Source: Verrucomicrobiota bacterium
GTDB lineage: Bacteria > Verrucomicrobiota > Verrucomicrobiia > CAIQCK01
NCBI GenBank assembly: GCA_016235595.1
Contig: JACRJX010000001.1
Location: forward strand, 57,848-121,847
Reading direction: 5' to 3'
Length of the DNA: 64,000 nt
In this document: piece after piece, positions 28,813 to 38,714 of the stretch
How the letters are laid out: each line of letters opens with the position of its first letter
Numbering within the stretch: the stretch's first letter is position 1
Notes under the pieces: generated by a model
Seen by the model: the letters and a program-made list of their open reading frames with translations, nothing else
Databases searched by the model: none
Told to the model about the DNA's origin: nothing
Translations under genes and position numbers: made by a program

Positions 28813-30546
28813 CTACGACTCGGCGACGGCTTTCCGGACCAGGAAGCGTTCCATCACCAGATATTGCACGTCGCTGCCGAAAAAGACCGTCAATGCGTCA
28901 TTCGGCGAGCAGACAATCGGTTCACCCTGGCGGTTAAGCGATGTATTCAACAATACCGGCACGCCGGTTCGGGCGTAAAACTGGCGCATGAGTTCGTAAA
29001 GCTGCGGCTCGGTCCGCTCGCGGACGATCTGCGCCCGCGCGATGCCGTTGGCCTGGATCACATCCGCGATGCGGTCCCGCCAGTGTGGCGTCACCTCGAG
29101 TGCAAGTGCCATCCACGGCGATGGATACGACGATTGGAACACCTCCGGCGCGGCCCAGTCGAGCACCGACAGGCCAAACGGCTGCCAGCGCTCGCCCCGT
29201 CCAATCTGCGCGTTGATTCGGCGGGCGATGCCGGGGATAACGGGGTTGCCAAGGACGCTGCGGTTGCCAAGTGCACGCGGACCGAATTCCATCCGCCCCT
29301 GAAACCACGCCACCAGCTCACCGCGCGCCAGCAACCCGGCCGTCGTGTCGGCAATGGACGCCGGCTGCTCGAATGGAACGCGGTGTGTTTCCAGGGCAAC
29401 GCGCACCTGCCCGTCATTATAACTCGGTCCGAGATAGGCGTGCTCCAGTGGCTTCACCTTGTCGCCAACACTCGTGGCCGCGAGCATCGCCGCGCCGAGC
29501 GCAGCGCCGCCGGCGCCGGCCGCAGGCGGGATGAACAGCTCGCGCGCGCCGGCTTCGCTCGCCAGACGGCGGTTGAGTTGCGCGTTGAACGCCACGCCGC
29601 CAGCGAAGCAAAGCCGCTTCGTGTCCGCGATTTTTCCGGCCAGATGATGCTGCACCAGCGAGATCGTCGCATCCTCCAACGCCCGTTGCGCTGACGCCGC
29701 AATATGGATATAGGGTTCCTCCGCGTCGTCGCTCGTCCGCGGCGGCCCCCACAGCTTCACCAACTCCGGCGAGAACGAACAGTCCCGGCCCTGCTCGTCG
29801 CGGTGGCGCCGCGCGCCCACGACATTCACCAACTCGTTGTTGACGCGGAAATCGCCCGCGCCCCAGCAAAGGCAACGCGAGATGTCCCAACGGTTCGGGT
29901 TGCCACGCGCGGCCATCGCCATGACCCGCGCCTCGCCGTCGAGCATCTCGAAACCAAGATACTCAGCAATGGCGCCGTAAAAACCACCGAGCGAGTCGGG
30001 TGCATACCATTCCTTGATCCGGTGCAGGCCGTGCTCGTCGCCGTAGCCAAGCCATTCGGCGGCATACTCGCCATTGCCGTGGAGGCTCATGACCGCTGCA
30101 CGCTCGCAGCCCGACCCGTAAAACGCCGACGCCGCGTGGGCCAGATGATGCTGAAACCGCATCACGCGGACCCTGGCTGGTTGAATGCCGATTTGCGGCA
30201 ACATCCCTTGCAGACTCTGGATGTCCTGCCGGTAACGGCGATTGCCGCCGAACACCGCCGCCAACGCTTCGGCCGGCGCATACCCGTGCCGCAACGCAAA
30301 CTGCCAGCGTGCCGGGGAATTGAAGAGCGGAATTTTGGCAAAGGGACAGGCGACCACTTGCACTTTCGACGGTTCGAGGCCGGCAAATTCCAGACACCAT
30401 CGCGCCGCCATCTCCGGCTGGAGATTTCTGGAGTGCTTGATCCGGTTGAATCTCTCCTCCTCGGCTGCCGCGACAACCTTGCCATCTACCACGAGCGCCG
30501 CGCTTGGGTCATGTCCACCAGCTCCGCTCAATCCAAGGATCACCAT
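28813..30546 (-). CDS. Carbamoyltransferase (NodU/CmcH/TobZ family)
   Basis: 'ILGLSGAGGHDPSAALVVDGKVVAAAEEERFNRIKH' N-terminal signature. 577 aa, typical for the family. C-terminal YrdC/Kae1-like part 'LLNTSLNRQGEPIV'. Confidence 0.9.
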   Translation of the reverse strand: MVILGLSGAGGHDPSAALVVDGKVVAAAEEERFNRIKHSRNLQPEMAARWCLEFAGLEPSKVQVVACPFAKIPLFNSPARWQFALRHGYAPAEALAAVFGGNRRYRQDIQSLQGMLPQIGIQPARVRVMRFQHHLAHAASAFYGSGCERAAVMSLHGNGEYAAEWLGYGDEHGLHRIKEWYAPDSLGGFYGAIAEYLGFEMLDGEARVMAMAARGNPNRWDISRCLCWGAGDFRVNNELVNVVGARRHRDEQGRDCSFSPELVKLWGPPRTSDDAEEPYIHIAASAQRALEDATISLVQHHLAGKIADTKRLCFAGGVAFNAQLNRRLASEAGARELFIPPAAGAGGAALGAAMLAATSVGDKVKPLEHAYLGPSYNDGQVRVALETHRVPFEQPASIADTTAGLLARGELVAWFQGRMEFGPRALGNRSVLGNPVIPGIARRINAQIGRGERWQPFGLSVLDWAAPEVFQSSYPSPWMALALEVTPHWRDRIADVIQANGIARAQIVRERTEPQLYELMRQFYARTGVPVLLNTSLNRQGEPIVCSPNDALTVFFGSDVQYLVMERFLVRKAVAES

Positions 30547-30727
30547 ACGGCGCGCACTCTACTGGCACGCGGTCGGAACCGTCAAGCAAGGGGCGGGCGA
30601 CCAGATGTTTTCGGATTCTTCCCGTGGGAGACTCACTGCGCTTGACCCGCCGTGCCAGCGCGCTAGAGTGCATCGCGTCAGGCATTGGAAACCGTGACAC
30701 ACATCGTTGTAGGGCGAGAACCCGTTC

Positions 30728-31807
30728 ATGGCCGCTGCTGATCCACAACCGAAGAAGCGGAACCTGAAACAGGTTGTCGTCGTATTGGCCATCGTGCTCG
30801 CGGGTGTGCTGTGCTGGTGGCCATGGCGCAAATCTTCTTCCACGAACTCCAACACTTCAACGCCCCAACACTCCGTTCCCTCTTCCGCCCTGAGGCAACC
30901 CGGCTCGATCTTCACCAATTCCATCGGCGGGGAGATGGTTTTCATCCCGGCAGGTGAGTTCATGATCGGCAGCACGCCGGAGGAGCGGGCGCGGGCCAGG
31001 GCAATGGGCGCGACGGAAACACAAGTGGAGAACGAAGGCCAGCAGCCTCGTCGCTCGCAGATTCGCAACGGCTTCTGGATTGGCAGGACCGAGGTAACGG
31101 TGGACCAGTGGCAACAGTTCGTCAACGATTCCCACTACCAGTCGGATGCGGTCACGGGTTTGGCGGTCTTGGATTCCTATCCCGAAAAAAGGCCAGAAGA
31201 TCATCCGATGGCGTGGGTCACATGGAGCGACACTGTGATGTTTTGCGAATGGCTCACCCAGAGGGAACAACGCACGAACCGTCTGCCGGAGCGCTACACC
31301 TACCGTTTGCCGTCGGAAGCCGAGTGGGAATACGCCTGCCGGGCTGGGCGCCAAGGGATGATGTTCTGGTGGGGTGACTCGCCAACGGATGGCAGCGGCC
31401 GGCTGAATTGGCGCGAACTCAGCGGCGGCGCGAAATCAACTTCCCCGGTGGATGCCTTCGGCATGCGGGGCCGGAACAGTCTCGGCCTGGCCGATACGCT
31501 GGGCAATGTCCGCGAACTTTGCCTCGACGCGTGGGACGCCAGCGGTGCTGCCGCGGATTTTTGCGCGGATTACACCCGGAGCAAGGGCCGGGTGCTCAAG
31601 GGCGGCAGTTACAGAAGCCTCCCTTTCGACGCGCGCTGCGCCCGGCGCTGGCCGTGCCTCTACTCATACGGCAGCGGGGACATTGGCTTTCGCGTGGCTT
31701 GCGGAGTCAATCTCTCCAATGAGACCACGCGGGTCCTTATGAAGCTGGTGACGCCCGGCGCAAAATCTTCGCCGTCGGGAACGCCGCCTTTAAAGAAATC
31801 GCCGTGA
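30728..31807 (+). CDS. Formylglycine-generating enzyme (SUMF1/FGE-sulfatase) domain protein, membrane-anchored
   Basis: N-terminal TM helix (VVVVLAIVLAGVLCWW). 'MVFIPAGEFMIGS', 'FWIGRTEVTVDQWQQF', 'YRLPSEAEWEYACRAG', 'GGSY' and 'GFRVA' motifs. Confidence 0.85.
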   Translation: MAAADPQPKKRNLKQVVVVLAIVLAGVLCWWPWRKSSSTNSNTSTPQHSVPSSALRQPGSIFTNSIGGEMVFIPAGEFMIGSTPEERARARAMGATETQVENEGQQPRRSQIRNGFWIGRTEVTVDQWQQFVNDSHYQSDAVTGLAVLDSYPEKRPEDHPMAWVTWSDTVMFCEWLTQREQRTNRLPERYTYRLPSEAEWEYACRAGRQGMMFWWGDSPTDGSGRLNWRELSGGAKSTSPVDAFGMRGRNSLGLADTLGNVRELCLDAWDASGAAADFCADYTRSKGRVLKGGSYRSLPFDARCARRWPCLYSYGSGDIGFRVACGVNLSNETTRVLMKLVTPGAKSSPSGTPPLKKSP

Positions 31808-31856
31808 GGTTGTTTCCTTGCCTTCTGCACCGAATGCGCCAGATTCTCAGCAATCG

Positions 31857-32636
31857 ATGACCGCCATAGACACCATCACTCTGGCTGCGGCTGCTGCCGC
31901 TGCGGGCGCCGTCAACGCCGTCGCGGGCGGAGGAACCATGCTGACGTTCCCGACGTTGCTGCTCGTCGGCACGCCGGCTACCGTTGCCAACGCCACCAGT
32001 ACGCTGGCGCTGGTCGTCGGCACCGCTGGCAGCCTGTTCGGCTATCGCCGGCAAATCGCTGCCGTGCGGCCGTGGCTGCGGAGGTTTGTGCCAGTGAGCC
32101 TGATCGGCGGCCTGCTCGGCGGCATTCTGCTCACCTGCACCGAGGAGAAGATTTTCGCGAAGATGGTGCCGTTCCTGTTGCTGTTCGCGACGATCCTGTT
32201 CCTGGCGCAGGGGCCGTTCCGCCGGTTCGCCGGCATCTCCGACAAAGGCGGCCCCGCCTCGCCGCACCATCACACCGTCTGGGCGGCGGTCCTGTTCCAG
32301 TTTTTCGTCGCGCTTTACGGCGGCTACTTCGGCGCGGGCATCGGCATCCTCATGCTCGCCTCGCTGGGCTTCCTCGGCCTGACCGACATCCACGAGATGA
32401 ACGCGCTCAAGACCATCCTGGGTTCGATCATCAACCTTGTCGCCGCCGCCTGGTTCATCTGCGCCGGCCTGATCGAGTGGCCGAAGGCGATCGTCATGAC
32501 CGGCGGCGCGCTGGTCGGTTACTACCTCGGCGCGCACTTCTCCCAACGCATCCCGCAGCAACGTGTCCGCCAGATCATCACCGCCATCGGTTTCACCATC
32601 TCCGCTGTGATGTTCTACAAACAGTTTGTGCGGTAG
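31857..32636 (+). CDS. TauE/SafE family sulfite/anion exporter (DUF81)
   Basis: 'AGAVNAVAGGGTMLTFPTLLLVG' and a second 'YGGYFGAGIGILML' half-repeat. About 8 TM helices. ATG at 31857 preferred over TTG at 31818. Confidence 0.8.
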   Translation: MTAIDTITLAAAAAAAGAVNAVAGGGTMLTFPTLLLVGTPATVANATSTLALVVGTAGSLFGYRRQIAAVRPWLRRFVPVSLIGGLLGGILLTCTEEKIFAKMVPFLLLFATILFLAQGPFRRFAGISDKGGPASPHHHTVWAAVLFQFFVALYGGYFGAGIGILMLASLGFLGLTDIHEMNALKTILGSIINLVAAAWFICAGLIEWPKAIVMTGGALVGYYLGAHFSQRIPQQRVRQIITAIGFTISAVMFYKQFVR

Positions 32637-32724
32637 AAGTAAAGACGGCCGATCCCTCGTCGGCTGATACCGCTCCATTGAAACCGACGCCGTAACGGGT
32701 GTGAGACGTCGAAACGATGTGTGG

Positions 32725-32776
32725 GTGTCCCGGCTTCAGCCGGTTCGTTCTTCCGCGCCGCCTGAAGGCGGGACAC
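32725..32776. repeat. Nested palindromes: 19-nt imperfect inverted repeat whose arms are each self-complementary
   Basis: gtgtcccggcttcagccgg (32725-32743) pairs 17/19 with ccgcctgaaggcgggacac (32758-32776). The left arm contains ccggct-tc-agccgg and the right arm ccgcct-ga-aggcgg. Intergenic, between TauE and the 32874 gene. Confidence 0.7.
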
Positions 32777-32873
32777 CAACGGGGACGCTGACAGCGAAGG
32801 CTTCGCAGCCCGACATGCCGCAACGGCTTGATGTTCGGGGATGGGCGATTCAGTATCATGGCGGATGCGATAC

Positions 32874-35800
32874 ATGAGAACAAACCGTGCATTTCAAATC
32901 CGTGCCGTGGTGTTGCTGGCGTTGGTTGCCGGGGTATTCCCGGCCGCAACGGGGCATGCGACGACTTTGTTGATCGAGGCGGAAAGTTTGGAAACCACTG
33001 GCGGCTGGCAAAGCGTGCGCGAGACCCAGGGCGTGCGCGAGTTCCTCTGGTCGGGGGCAAAGGACCGGCCCGCGCCGGCGGCGGGCGCGATCGAGTTGCC
33101 GAAGGCGGGGCGCTGGCGGCTGTGGGTGCGCAGCAAGGATTTTCCGAAGGACCGGCCCGGCATCCGTCACTTCACCGTGCGGATCGGCGCGACGCGCTCG
33201 GCGAAGGTGTTCGGCAAGCACAAGCAGGAGGGCATCAACGGCTGGGAGTGGGAGGACGGCGGCACGTTCGAGCTGCCCGCGGGGCCGACACTGGTGGTGA
33301 TCGGTGAATCGAGCACGGCGTCGGCCCGCTGTGACGCGCTGGTGCTGACGGACAGCCCCAGCTATCAACCGAAAGGTTTCCCGCACGCGCTGGGCAAAAC
33401 GACGGCGAAGACGGTTCCACTGACTCTGAAGCTCGCCGGCGGGAGCCAGCAGCTTTTGCCGCCATCGCTCCAGCACATCGAGCCGGAAGCGGCGGCGACG
33501 CTCGCGAACGATGCGGTGCGCTGGACGTTTCATCGCGCGACAACGGCGGGCGGGCCGGCGGTGGCATTGCGGGCGGCGTTGCGCGACGGCGGCGGGTGGA
33601 AGCCGCTGCGGGCCGGGCCGGAGGCGGAAGGTTATCGCGTGTTGTTCCGGCCGAAGGAAAGCGACCCGAAGATCATCGCGACACACGTTCATCCGGCTTG
33701 GGACATCAGCCTCAGCGCGGAGATCGAGGTTGGCGCGGGCGGCGCGTCAGCGAAGACGCGCGCGGGGCCGCCAACGGCGCCCTGGACAGCAGGACAGTGT
33801 TTTGCGCTGCGACCGGCGACGGTCCGGCAGGTGGACAACCGGACGGTGGAGCTTGGTTTCCAGCCGCTGCCAGTCGGCCAACTGAAGGCAACGTGGCGGC
33901 TCGGCGGCGGGCAGTCGCAGGCGCAAGTGGCGCTCGATTTCACGCCGAACGGGCCGGGGCATTTCTCGCTCGGCTATCACGGCCTCGTCGCTGCGGCGCC
34001 GGAAGACGTGGATTTTCTGCTGCTTCCGTTCATGTATTATGGCAAACGTTTCCCGGCGCAGCCGGTGACGCTCCTGAACTCGCACACACCGACGCCGCTG
34101 GCGCTGGTGAACCGCGACGGCGCGTCGTTCGCGCTCGTGGCCGAGCCGGAGGATCTGCCGTTCGAGTGGGCGAGTCCGCGGAACTCGCGCTATGCGTTTG
34201 GCCTCCGCAATGAGACAGGGCAGGCGCAGCCACTGCTCTATGCGCCGGTGCTCGGCCAGCCCGGCAGCGCCCGTGTGGACGGCGGGCCGTTGCGCGCGCG
34301 GTTCCGCGTCTGGCTGCAATCGGGCGACGGTTACGCGGCGTATCGGCGCGTGGCGACGGAGGTGTTCGGGTTGACCGACTACCGGAGGCCGGCGTATGCG
34401 TCGCTGTCGGACGCCGCGCTGAACCTGCTCGATCTGATCCGCAACGAGCAGGCTTCCGGCTGGGACGCGCGCGCGAAGGGGCCGTGGAACATCGAGAGCC
34501 GCAACGTCGTTTCGCATTCGTCGCCGCTGACCTACCTGAGCTACTACCTGCTCACGGGCGACGAGGACGTCTACCGCCGGTTCGCGCTGCCGGCGCTCGA
34601 GTTCATGATTTCCCGGTCCGGCGCGCACTTCGCCGCAGAGCGGGAGATCGGCGACAACTATTATCACCATCAGCCGATGCGCGGGCCGATGTCCACGTAT
34701 GGCGCGGCGGTGTTCGCAAGCGCGTATGCGATGACGCACGGCCGCTCGCCGGCGCTGGGCGGGTTCTGCCTCGACGACAAGGGCCAGCCGCGCGTGACGA
34801 AGGGTTACAGCCACGTGCAACCGTTCGAGGACGCGCTGGCGCTCTACCGGCTGACGGGCGAGGCGCGCTGGCGGGACGCGGTGGTGGAGGCGGCCGACAA
34901 ATACGTCGCCGAGAACATCACGCGGCTGCCGGCGAAAGACCTTGGCGTGATGCCGTTCGTAAACATGAGTTTCGTGCCAGACTGGGAAGGATTGCTGCAC
35001 GTTTATGACGCGACGGGCGAGCGGCGTTTTCTCGACGCGGCAGTGACAGCGGCACGCGGGCTGGTGACGACGTTGTGGACGCAGCCGCCCGTGCCGGCTG
35101 GCGATACGACGATTCATCCGGGCGGAAACTACTCAAGCGCGACGCATGTCTGGTGGTTCGGCGACAAGCGCTACCGGCGCGGCTTCGTCGAGGGCGCGCA
35201 ACAGACCAGCGACGAAAAGGCGAAGTTCGACCTGCCGCCGGCACGGTTGCCGGAAAAGCGCGTGCCCGCATGGCAGGTGAGCAACGTCGGCCTCGGCCTG
35301 GAGCAACCGTGCACGTACACGCGCGGCAGCCAGCACGCGAACATCACGATGAATTGTTGGGCGCCGAATCTGTTGCGCCTGGCGCGGCTCACGGGCGACG
35401 ACCTGTTTCGCATCGCGGCGCGCAACGCGACCGTTGGCCGCTTCGGCAACTATCCGGGTTACTACATTGACGGCATGACGGACCGGTACCAGCAGCCGGA
35501 TTATCCGGTCGCCGGGCCCGACGTGACGTGGCTCTACTTCCACCACATCCCGCCGTTCGCAGCCTACGTGCTCGATTACCTCTTCACCGACGCCGAGACG
35601 CGATCGAAGGGCGCGGTAAGTTTTCCGTCGGTGCGCCAGTGCGGCTACGTATGGTTTGACAACCGGCTGCGCGGCCACGCGCCGGGCAGGGTCTATGGCC
35701 AGCCCGCGTGGCCGTGGCTGCATCGCACGGCGGCGACGGTGGACACCATCAACGTGGACCGCGTCCTGGCGCACAGCGGCGGGGAGTTTCACGTCGTGCT

Positions 35801-36341
35801 GCTCAACCAGGTCCGCGAAGAGCAGACGGTGCGCGTGAAATTCGACCCGCAGGCGCTCGACCGGTCCGTGGACGGCGCGAAGCTCTCCGTGCGGCTGGAC
35901 AATCGCTCCGCTCCGCCGCTGCGCCTGAAAGACGGCGCGGTCACGCTGAAGCTGCGGCCGCTCGGCATTGCAGCGCTGACGCTCGATGGCGTGAAGATTG
36001 ACGTGCCGACGCATCGCGCCGCGCCGCCGTCACGACTGCCGCTGCCAGACAAGAGCGGCCTGCGGCGGCAACCGGTCGCCGGCACGAAGCTGGAGGCCAT
36101 CGGCACGGAGATCTGTGTGCCGCCGTTCACGTGGCGTGATCTCTACGTTTACGTCGCCGCCGGCCTCGATGACTGCAAGAGCGCGACGCTTCGCTATCGC
36201 GTCGGCGACAGCGCCGAGCAGCAGGTGAAGGTCACTCGCTTCCCGTGGGAGTTTTCGGTGCGCGTGGACGACGTGCACTCGCCAATTACGTGGAGTGTGG
36301 AAGCGCAGACAGGAACCCCCAATGACCCCAGCCGCCGCTGA
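32874..36341 (+). CDS. Giant (1155 aa) secreted hypothetical protein (CBM-like N-terminus; possible polysaccharide-active enzyme)
   Basis: Signal peptide (AVVLLALVAGVFPAATGHA). An 'LLIEAESLETTGGW...WRLWVRS' lectin/CBM-like opening. A long central region has an alpha-helical-repeat character. No catalytic family recognised. Confidence 0.5.
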   Translation: MRTNRAFQIRAVVLLALVAGVFPAATGHATTLLIEAESLETTGGWQSVRETQGVREFLWSGAKDRPAPAAGAIELPKAGRWRLWVRSKDFPKDRPGIRHFTVRIGATRSAKVFGKHKQEGINGWEWEDGGTFELPAGPTLVVIGESSTASARCDALVLTDSPSYQPKGFPHALGKTTAKTVPLTLKLAGGSQQLLPPSLQHIEPEAAATLANDAVRWTFHRATTAGGPAVALRAALRDGGGWKPLRAGPEAEGYRVLFRPKESDPKIIATHVHPAWDISLSAEIEVGAGGASAKTRAGPPTAPWTAGQCFALRPATVRQVDNRTVELGFQPLPVGQLKATWRLGGGQSQAQVALDFTPNGPGHFSLGYHGLVAAAPEDVDFLLLPFMYYGKRFPAQPVTLLNSHTPTPLALVNRDGASFALVAEPEDLPFEWASPRNSRYAFGLRNETGQAQPLLYAPVLGQPGSARVDGGPLRARFRVWLQSGDGYAAYRRVATEVFGLTDYRRPAYASLSDAALNLLDLIRNEQASGWDARAKGPWNIESRNVVSHSSPLTYLSYYLLTGDEDVYRRFALPALEFMISRSGAHFAAEREIGDNYYHHQPMRGPMSTYGAAVFASAYAMTHGRSPALGGFCLDDKGQPRVTKGYSHVQPFEDALALYRLTGEARWRDAVVEAADKYVAENITRLPAKDLGVMPFVNMSFVPDWEGLLHVYDATGERRFLDAAVTAARGLVTTLWTQPPVPAGDTTIHPGGNYSSATHVWWFGDKRYRRGFVEGAQQTSDEKAKFDLPPARLPEKRVPAWQVSNVGLGLEQPCTYTRGSQHANITMNCWAPNLLRLARLTGDDLFRIAARNATVGRFGNYPGYYIDGMTDRYQQPDYPVAGPDVTWLYFHHIPPFAAYVLDYLFTDAETRSKGAVSFPSVRQCGYVWFDNRLRGHAPGRVYGQPAWPWLHRTAATVDTINVDRVLAHSGGEFHVVLLNQVREEQTVRVKFDPQALDRSVDGAKLSVRLDNRSAPPLRLKDGAVTLKLRPLGIAALTLDGVKIDVPTHRAAPPSRLPLPDKSGLRRQPVAGTKLEAIGTEICVPPFTWRDLYVYVAAGLDDCKSATLRYRVGDSAEQQVKVTRFPWEFSVRVDDVHSPITWSVEAQTGTPNDPSRR

Positions 36342-37872
36342 ACCGCTCATCCTCGACGGCATCGCCGTCTGCGACGGCCAGCGGCTCGCGTTTCGCGGCA
36401 CGCACTGGACCTGGCGGCGCGGCGAGCAGTGGGCCATCCTCGGTCCCAACGGCTCCGGAAAATCCCTTCTTGCGCTCGCGCTATGCGGCAAAGCGCCGGT
36501 CGTGCGCGGCGAAATCCGCCACGATCTCGAGGACGATCCCGCATCGAAGGAAGCTGTCGCGTTGCTCTCGCCACACATCCAGCGCGAGATGATCCTTCGT
36601 GAGAGTTCCTTCTACCAATCGCGCTGGCACAGTGGCCTCGGCGAAGGACAGCGCACCGTCGCGCAGTTCCTGTCACAGGCGAGCGTCGAGGAGATCAACC
36701 CGTTCGAGGTCGGTGTGCGCCGGGGCGACGCGCGAGAGTTCCGGCAGCGGCGGGAGCGCTACGTCCGCTGGCTCGGGATCGCACCGCTGCTGCGCCGGAA
36801 GCTCATCCACCTCTCCAACGGCGAGCAGCGCAAGGTGCTGCTGGCCCACACGCTGTTGCGCGCGCCGCGGCTGCTGGTCCTCGACGATCCGTTCGGCGGA
36901 CTCGACGTGGCCACGCGCCAGCGGCTGCGCGAAGTCATCGCGCGGCTGATGCGCGGCGGGTTGCCGGTGCTCGTCATCACGAGCCGCCCTGATGAGATTC
37001 CGCCGGGGACGACACACCTTTTGCTTGTGAAGAATCGCCGCGTCGTTGCCCAGGGAACGAAAGCCGCAATGTTGAAACATTCGCTGGCGCGACAACTTCG
37101 CAGGAGCCGGAGCCAGGAGGCTCGTATTCCTGCCACGCCTCCAGAACGCCTCCCGGCGTCGGCGCCTGCGAAACTTTCTCCGCTCATCGAACTCAACCAC
37201 GTCACGATCCAGCGCAGCCGCCGGCGCATTCTCGACGACGTCTCCTGGACCGTGCACCGCGGCGAGCATTGGGCGTTGCTCGGCCCGAACGGCTCCGGTA
37301 AGACCACGCTCTTGAGCCTCATCCAAGGAGACAACCCTCAAGCCTACGCGCTTGACCTCCGGCTCTTCGGCACGCGGCAGCACTCGACCCAGACGCTCTG
37401 GCACACGCGCCAGAAAATCGGCTGGCTCTCGCCAGAACTGCACCAGCATTACCCGACGGCGTGGTCGTGCCTCGACGTGGTTTGCTCCGGTTTTTTCAAC
37501 AACATCGGCCTCCACCAACACTGCACGCGCCGCCAGTGCGCCGCCGCCCGCCGTTGGCTGCGCGAGTTTGGCCTGGCGGAAAACGCCGGCGCTGCGTTGG
37601 GCGAGTTGGCGTTGGGCGACCAGCGGATGGTTCTGCTGGCGCGCGCGGTGGTCAAGAGGCCGAAGCTGTTGATCCTCGACGAGCCTTGTCAGGGCCTCGA
37701 CATCGCGCATCGCCACGCCGTGCTCGACACGGTGGATCGCGTGATTGCGCAGACCGGTGCGACTCTGATCTTCGTCACCCACCATGCAAAGGAAATGCCG
37801 CGCTGCGTCAGTCGCATCCTTCAACTGAAATCGGGCCGGGTTGCCAGGGACATGCGGCGGGCCGGTTGTTGA
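36322..37872 (+). CDS. Double ABC ATPase without membrane domain (ModF-like)
   Basis: Two Walker A motifs (GPNGSGKS, GPNGSGKT), two signatures (LSNGEQRK, LALGDQRM) and two Walker B motifs (LLVLDDPF, LLILDEPC). The ATG at 36322 overlaps the upstream gene by 20 nt. Confidence 0.85.
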   Translation: MTPAAAEPLILDGIAVCDGQRLAFRGTHWTWRRGEQWAILGPNGSGKSLLALALCGKAPVVRGEIRHDLEDDPASKEAVALLSPHIQREMILRESSFYQSRWHSGLGEGQRTVAQFLSQASVEEINPFEVGVRRGDAREFRQRRERYVRWLGIAPLLRRKLIHLSNGEQRKVLLAHTLLRAPRLLVLDDPFGGLDVATRQRLREVIARLMRGGLPVLVITSRPDEIPPGTTHLLLVKNRRVVAQGTKAAMLKHSLARQLRRSRSQEARIPATPPERLPASAPAKLSPLIELNHVTIQRSRRRILDDVSWTVHRGEHWALLGPNGSGKTTLLSLIQGDNPQAYALDLRLFGTRQHSTQTLWHTRQKIGWLSPELHQHYPTAWSCLDVVCSGFFNNIGLHQHCTRRQCAAARRWLREFGLAENAGAALGELALGDQRMVLLARAVVKRPKLLILDEPCQGLDIAHRHAVLDTVDRVIAQTGATLIFVTHHAKEMPRCVSRILQLKSGRVARDMRRAGC

Positions 37873-37884
37873 CGGCGCGGTTCT

Positions 37885-38601
37885 TCACCGCCGACGAATC
37901 CACTCGGGGCGCGAGTAGCGGGTTTGCACGAGTTGCTCGGTGATTTCCCGCGGCCATGTGAGCAACGGATCGTCGGCGGCCCACGCCAGACGCAAACCCT
38001 GGTCGAGCCAGGCAGCGTCGGCGGGGAAGTTGGTGACGAAATCCGTGTGCAGCCGGCTGGCGCGGTAGGCGGGCTGGCGCGGCGGTTCGCGCAGGTAACG
38101 GCTGAGCTGCTCAAGGGGAAAGTTATAGAGCAGCGTGCCGTGGTGGAGCAGCCAGTTGCGGCGGCGGCGCTGGGCGTTGCCGGAGAACTTCCTGCCGTCG
38201 AGACACAGATCGCTCGTGCCGTCAAAACCGACGTGCGGCGCCTTGGTCATCAGCACTTCGGTGATGCGGTCGAGGATCAGGAAATGCGAGCGGGAGACAT
38301 CGTTCAATTCCGGGCGCCGGCGCATGTCGAGCACGAGTGAGAAGTTCAGGCAGCCGGGACCGATCAGCACTGTGCCGCCACCACTGACGCGACGCCGCAC
38401 GGGCACATTGTCGGCGGCGCAGGCCTCCTCATTCACATCGTCGGCGATGCGGCAGAAACAGCCGAGCACGACGCACGGCGCGGCAACTTCCCATGTGCGG
38501 AGCACTTCCGTGCCGTCGGTTTGCTCGGCCAACGTCAGCAGCGCCTCGTCCAGCGCGAGGTTCTCCTCCGGTGTCGGCAATGTGAGGTCGAGGAATTGCA
38601 T
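37885..38601 (-). CDS. Biotin/lipoate A/B protein ligase family protein (LplA-like catalytic domain only)
   Basis: 'RRRVSGGGTVLIGPGCLNFSL' and 'KFSGNAQRRRRNWLLHHGTLL' motifs of the BPL_LplA_LipB domain. Confidence 0.75.
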   Translation of the reverse strand: MQFLDLTLPTPEENLALDEALLTLAEQTDGTEVLRTWEVAAPCVVLGCFCRIADDVNEEACAADNVPVRRRVSGGGTVLIGPGCLNFSLVLDMRRRPELNDVSRSHFLILDRITEVLMTKAPHVGFDGTSDLCLDGRKFSGNAQRRRRNWLLHHGTLLYNFPLEQLSRYLREPPRQPAYRASRLHTDFVTNFPADAAWLDQGLRLAWAADDPLLTWPREITEQLVQTRYSRPEWIRRR

Positions 38602-38714
38602 CTGAATCCATCCGACGGCGTCCTGCCGCCACTTCGCAGCGAGATTACGTTACTCGCCCGAAAAGCTCAACGCAAACGGCCGACGGCTGCAACAGAGGAG
38701 AGCGGCGCGGCCTT

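Noticed and set aside
38660-38714. Possible terminator hairpin (ggccg...cggcc) downstream of the DUF218 gene, considered as an island boundary.
   Set aside because: The stem is short and interrupted and has no U-tract. It is not distinguishable from chance in GC-rich DNA.
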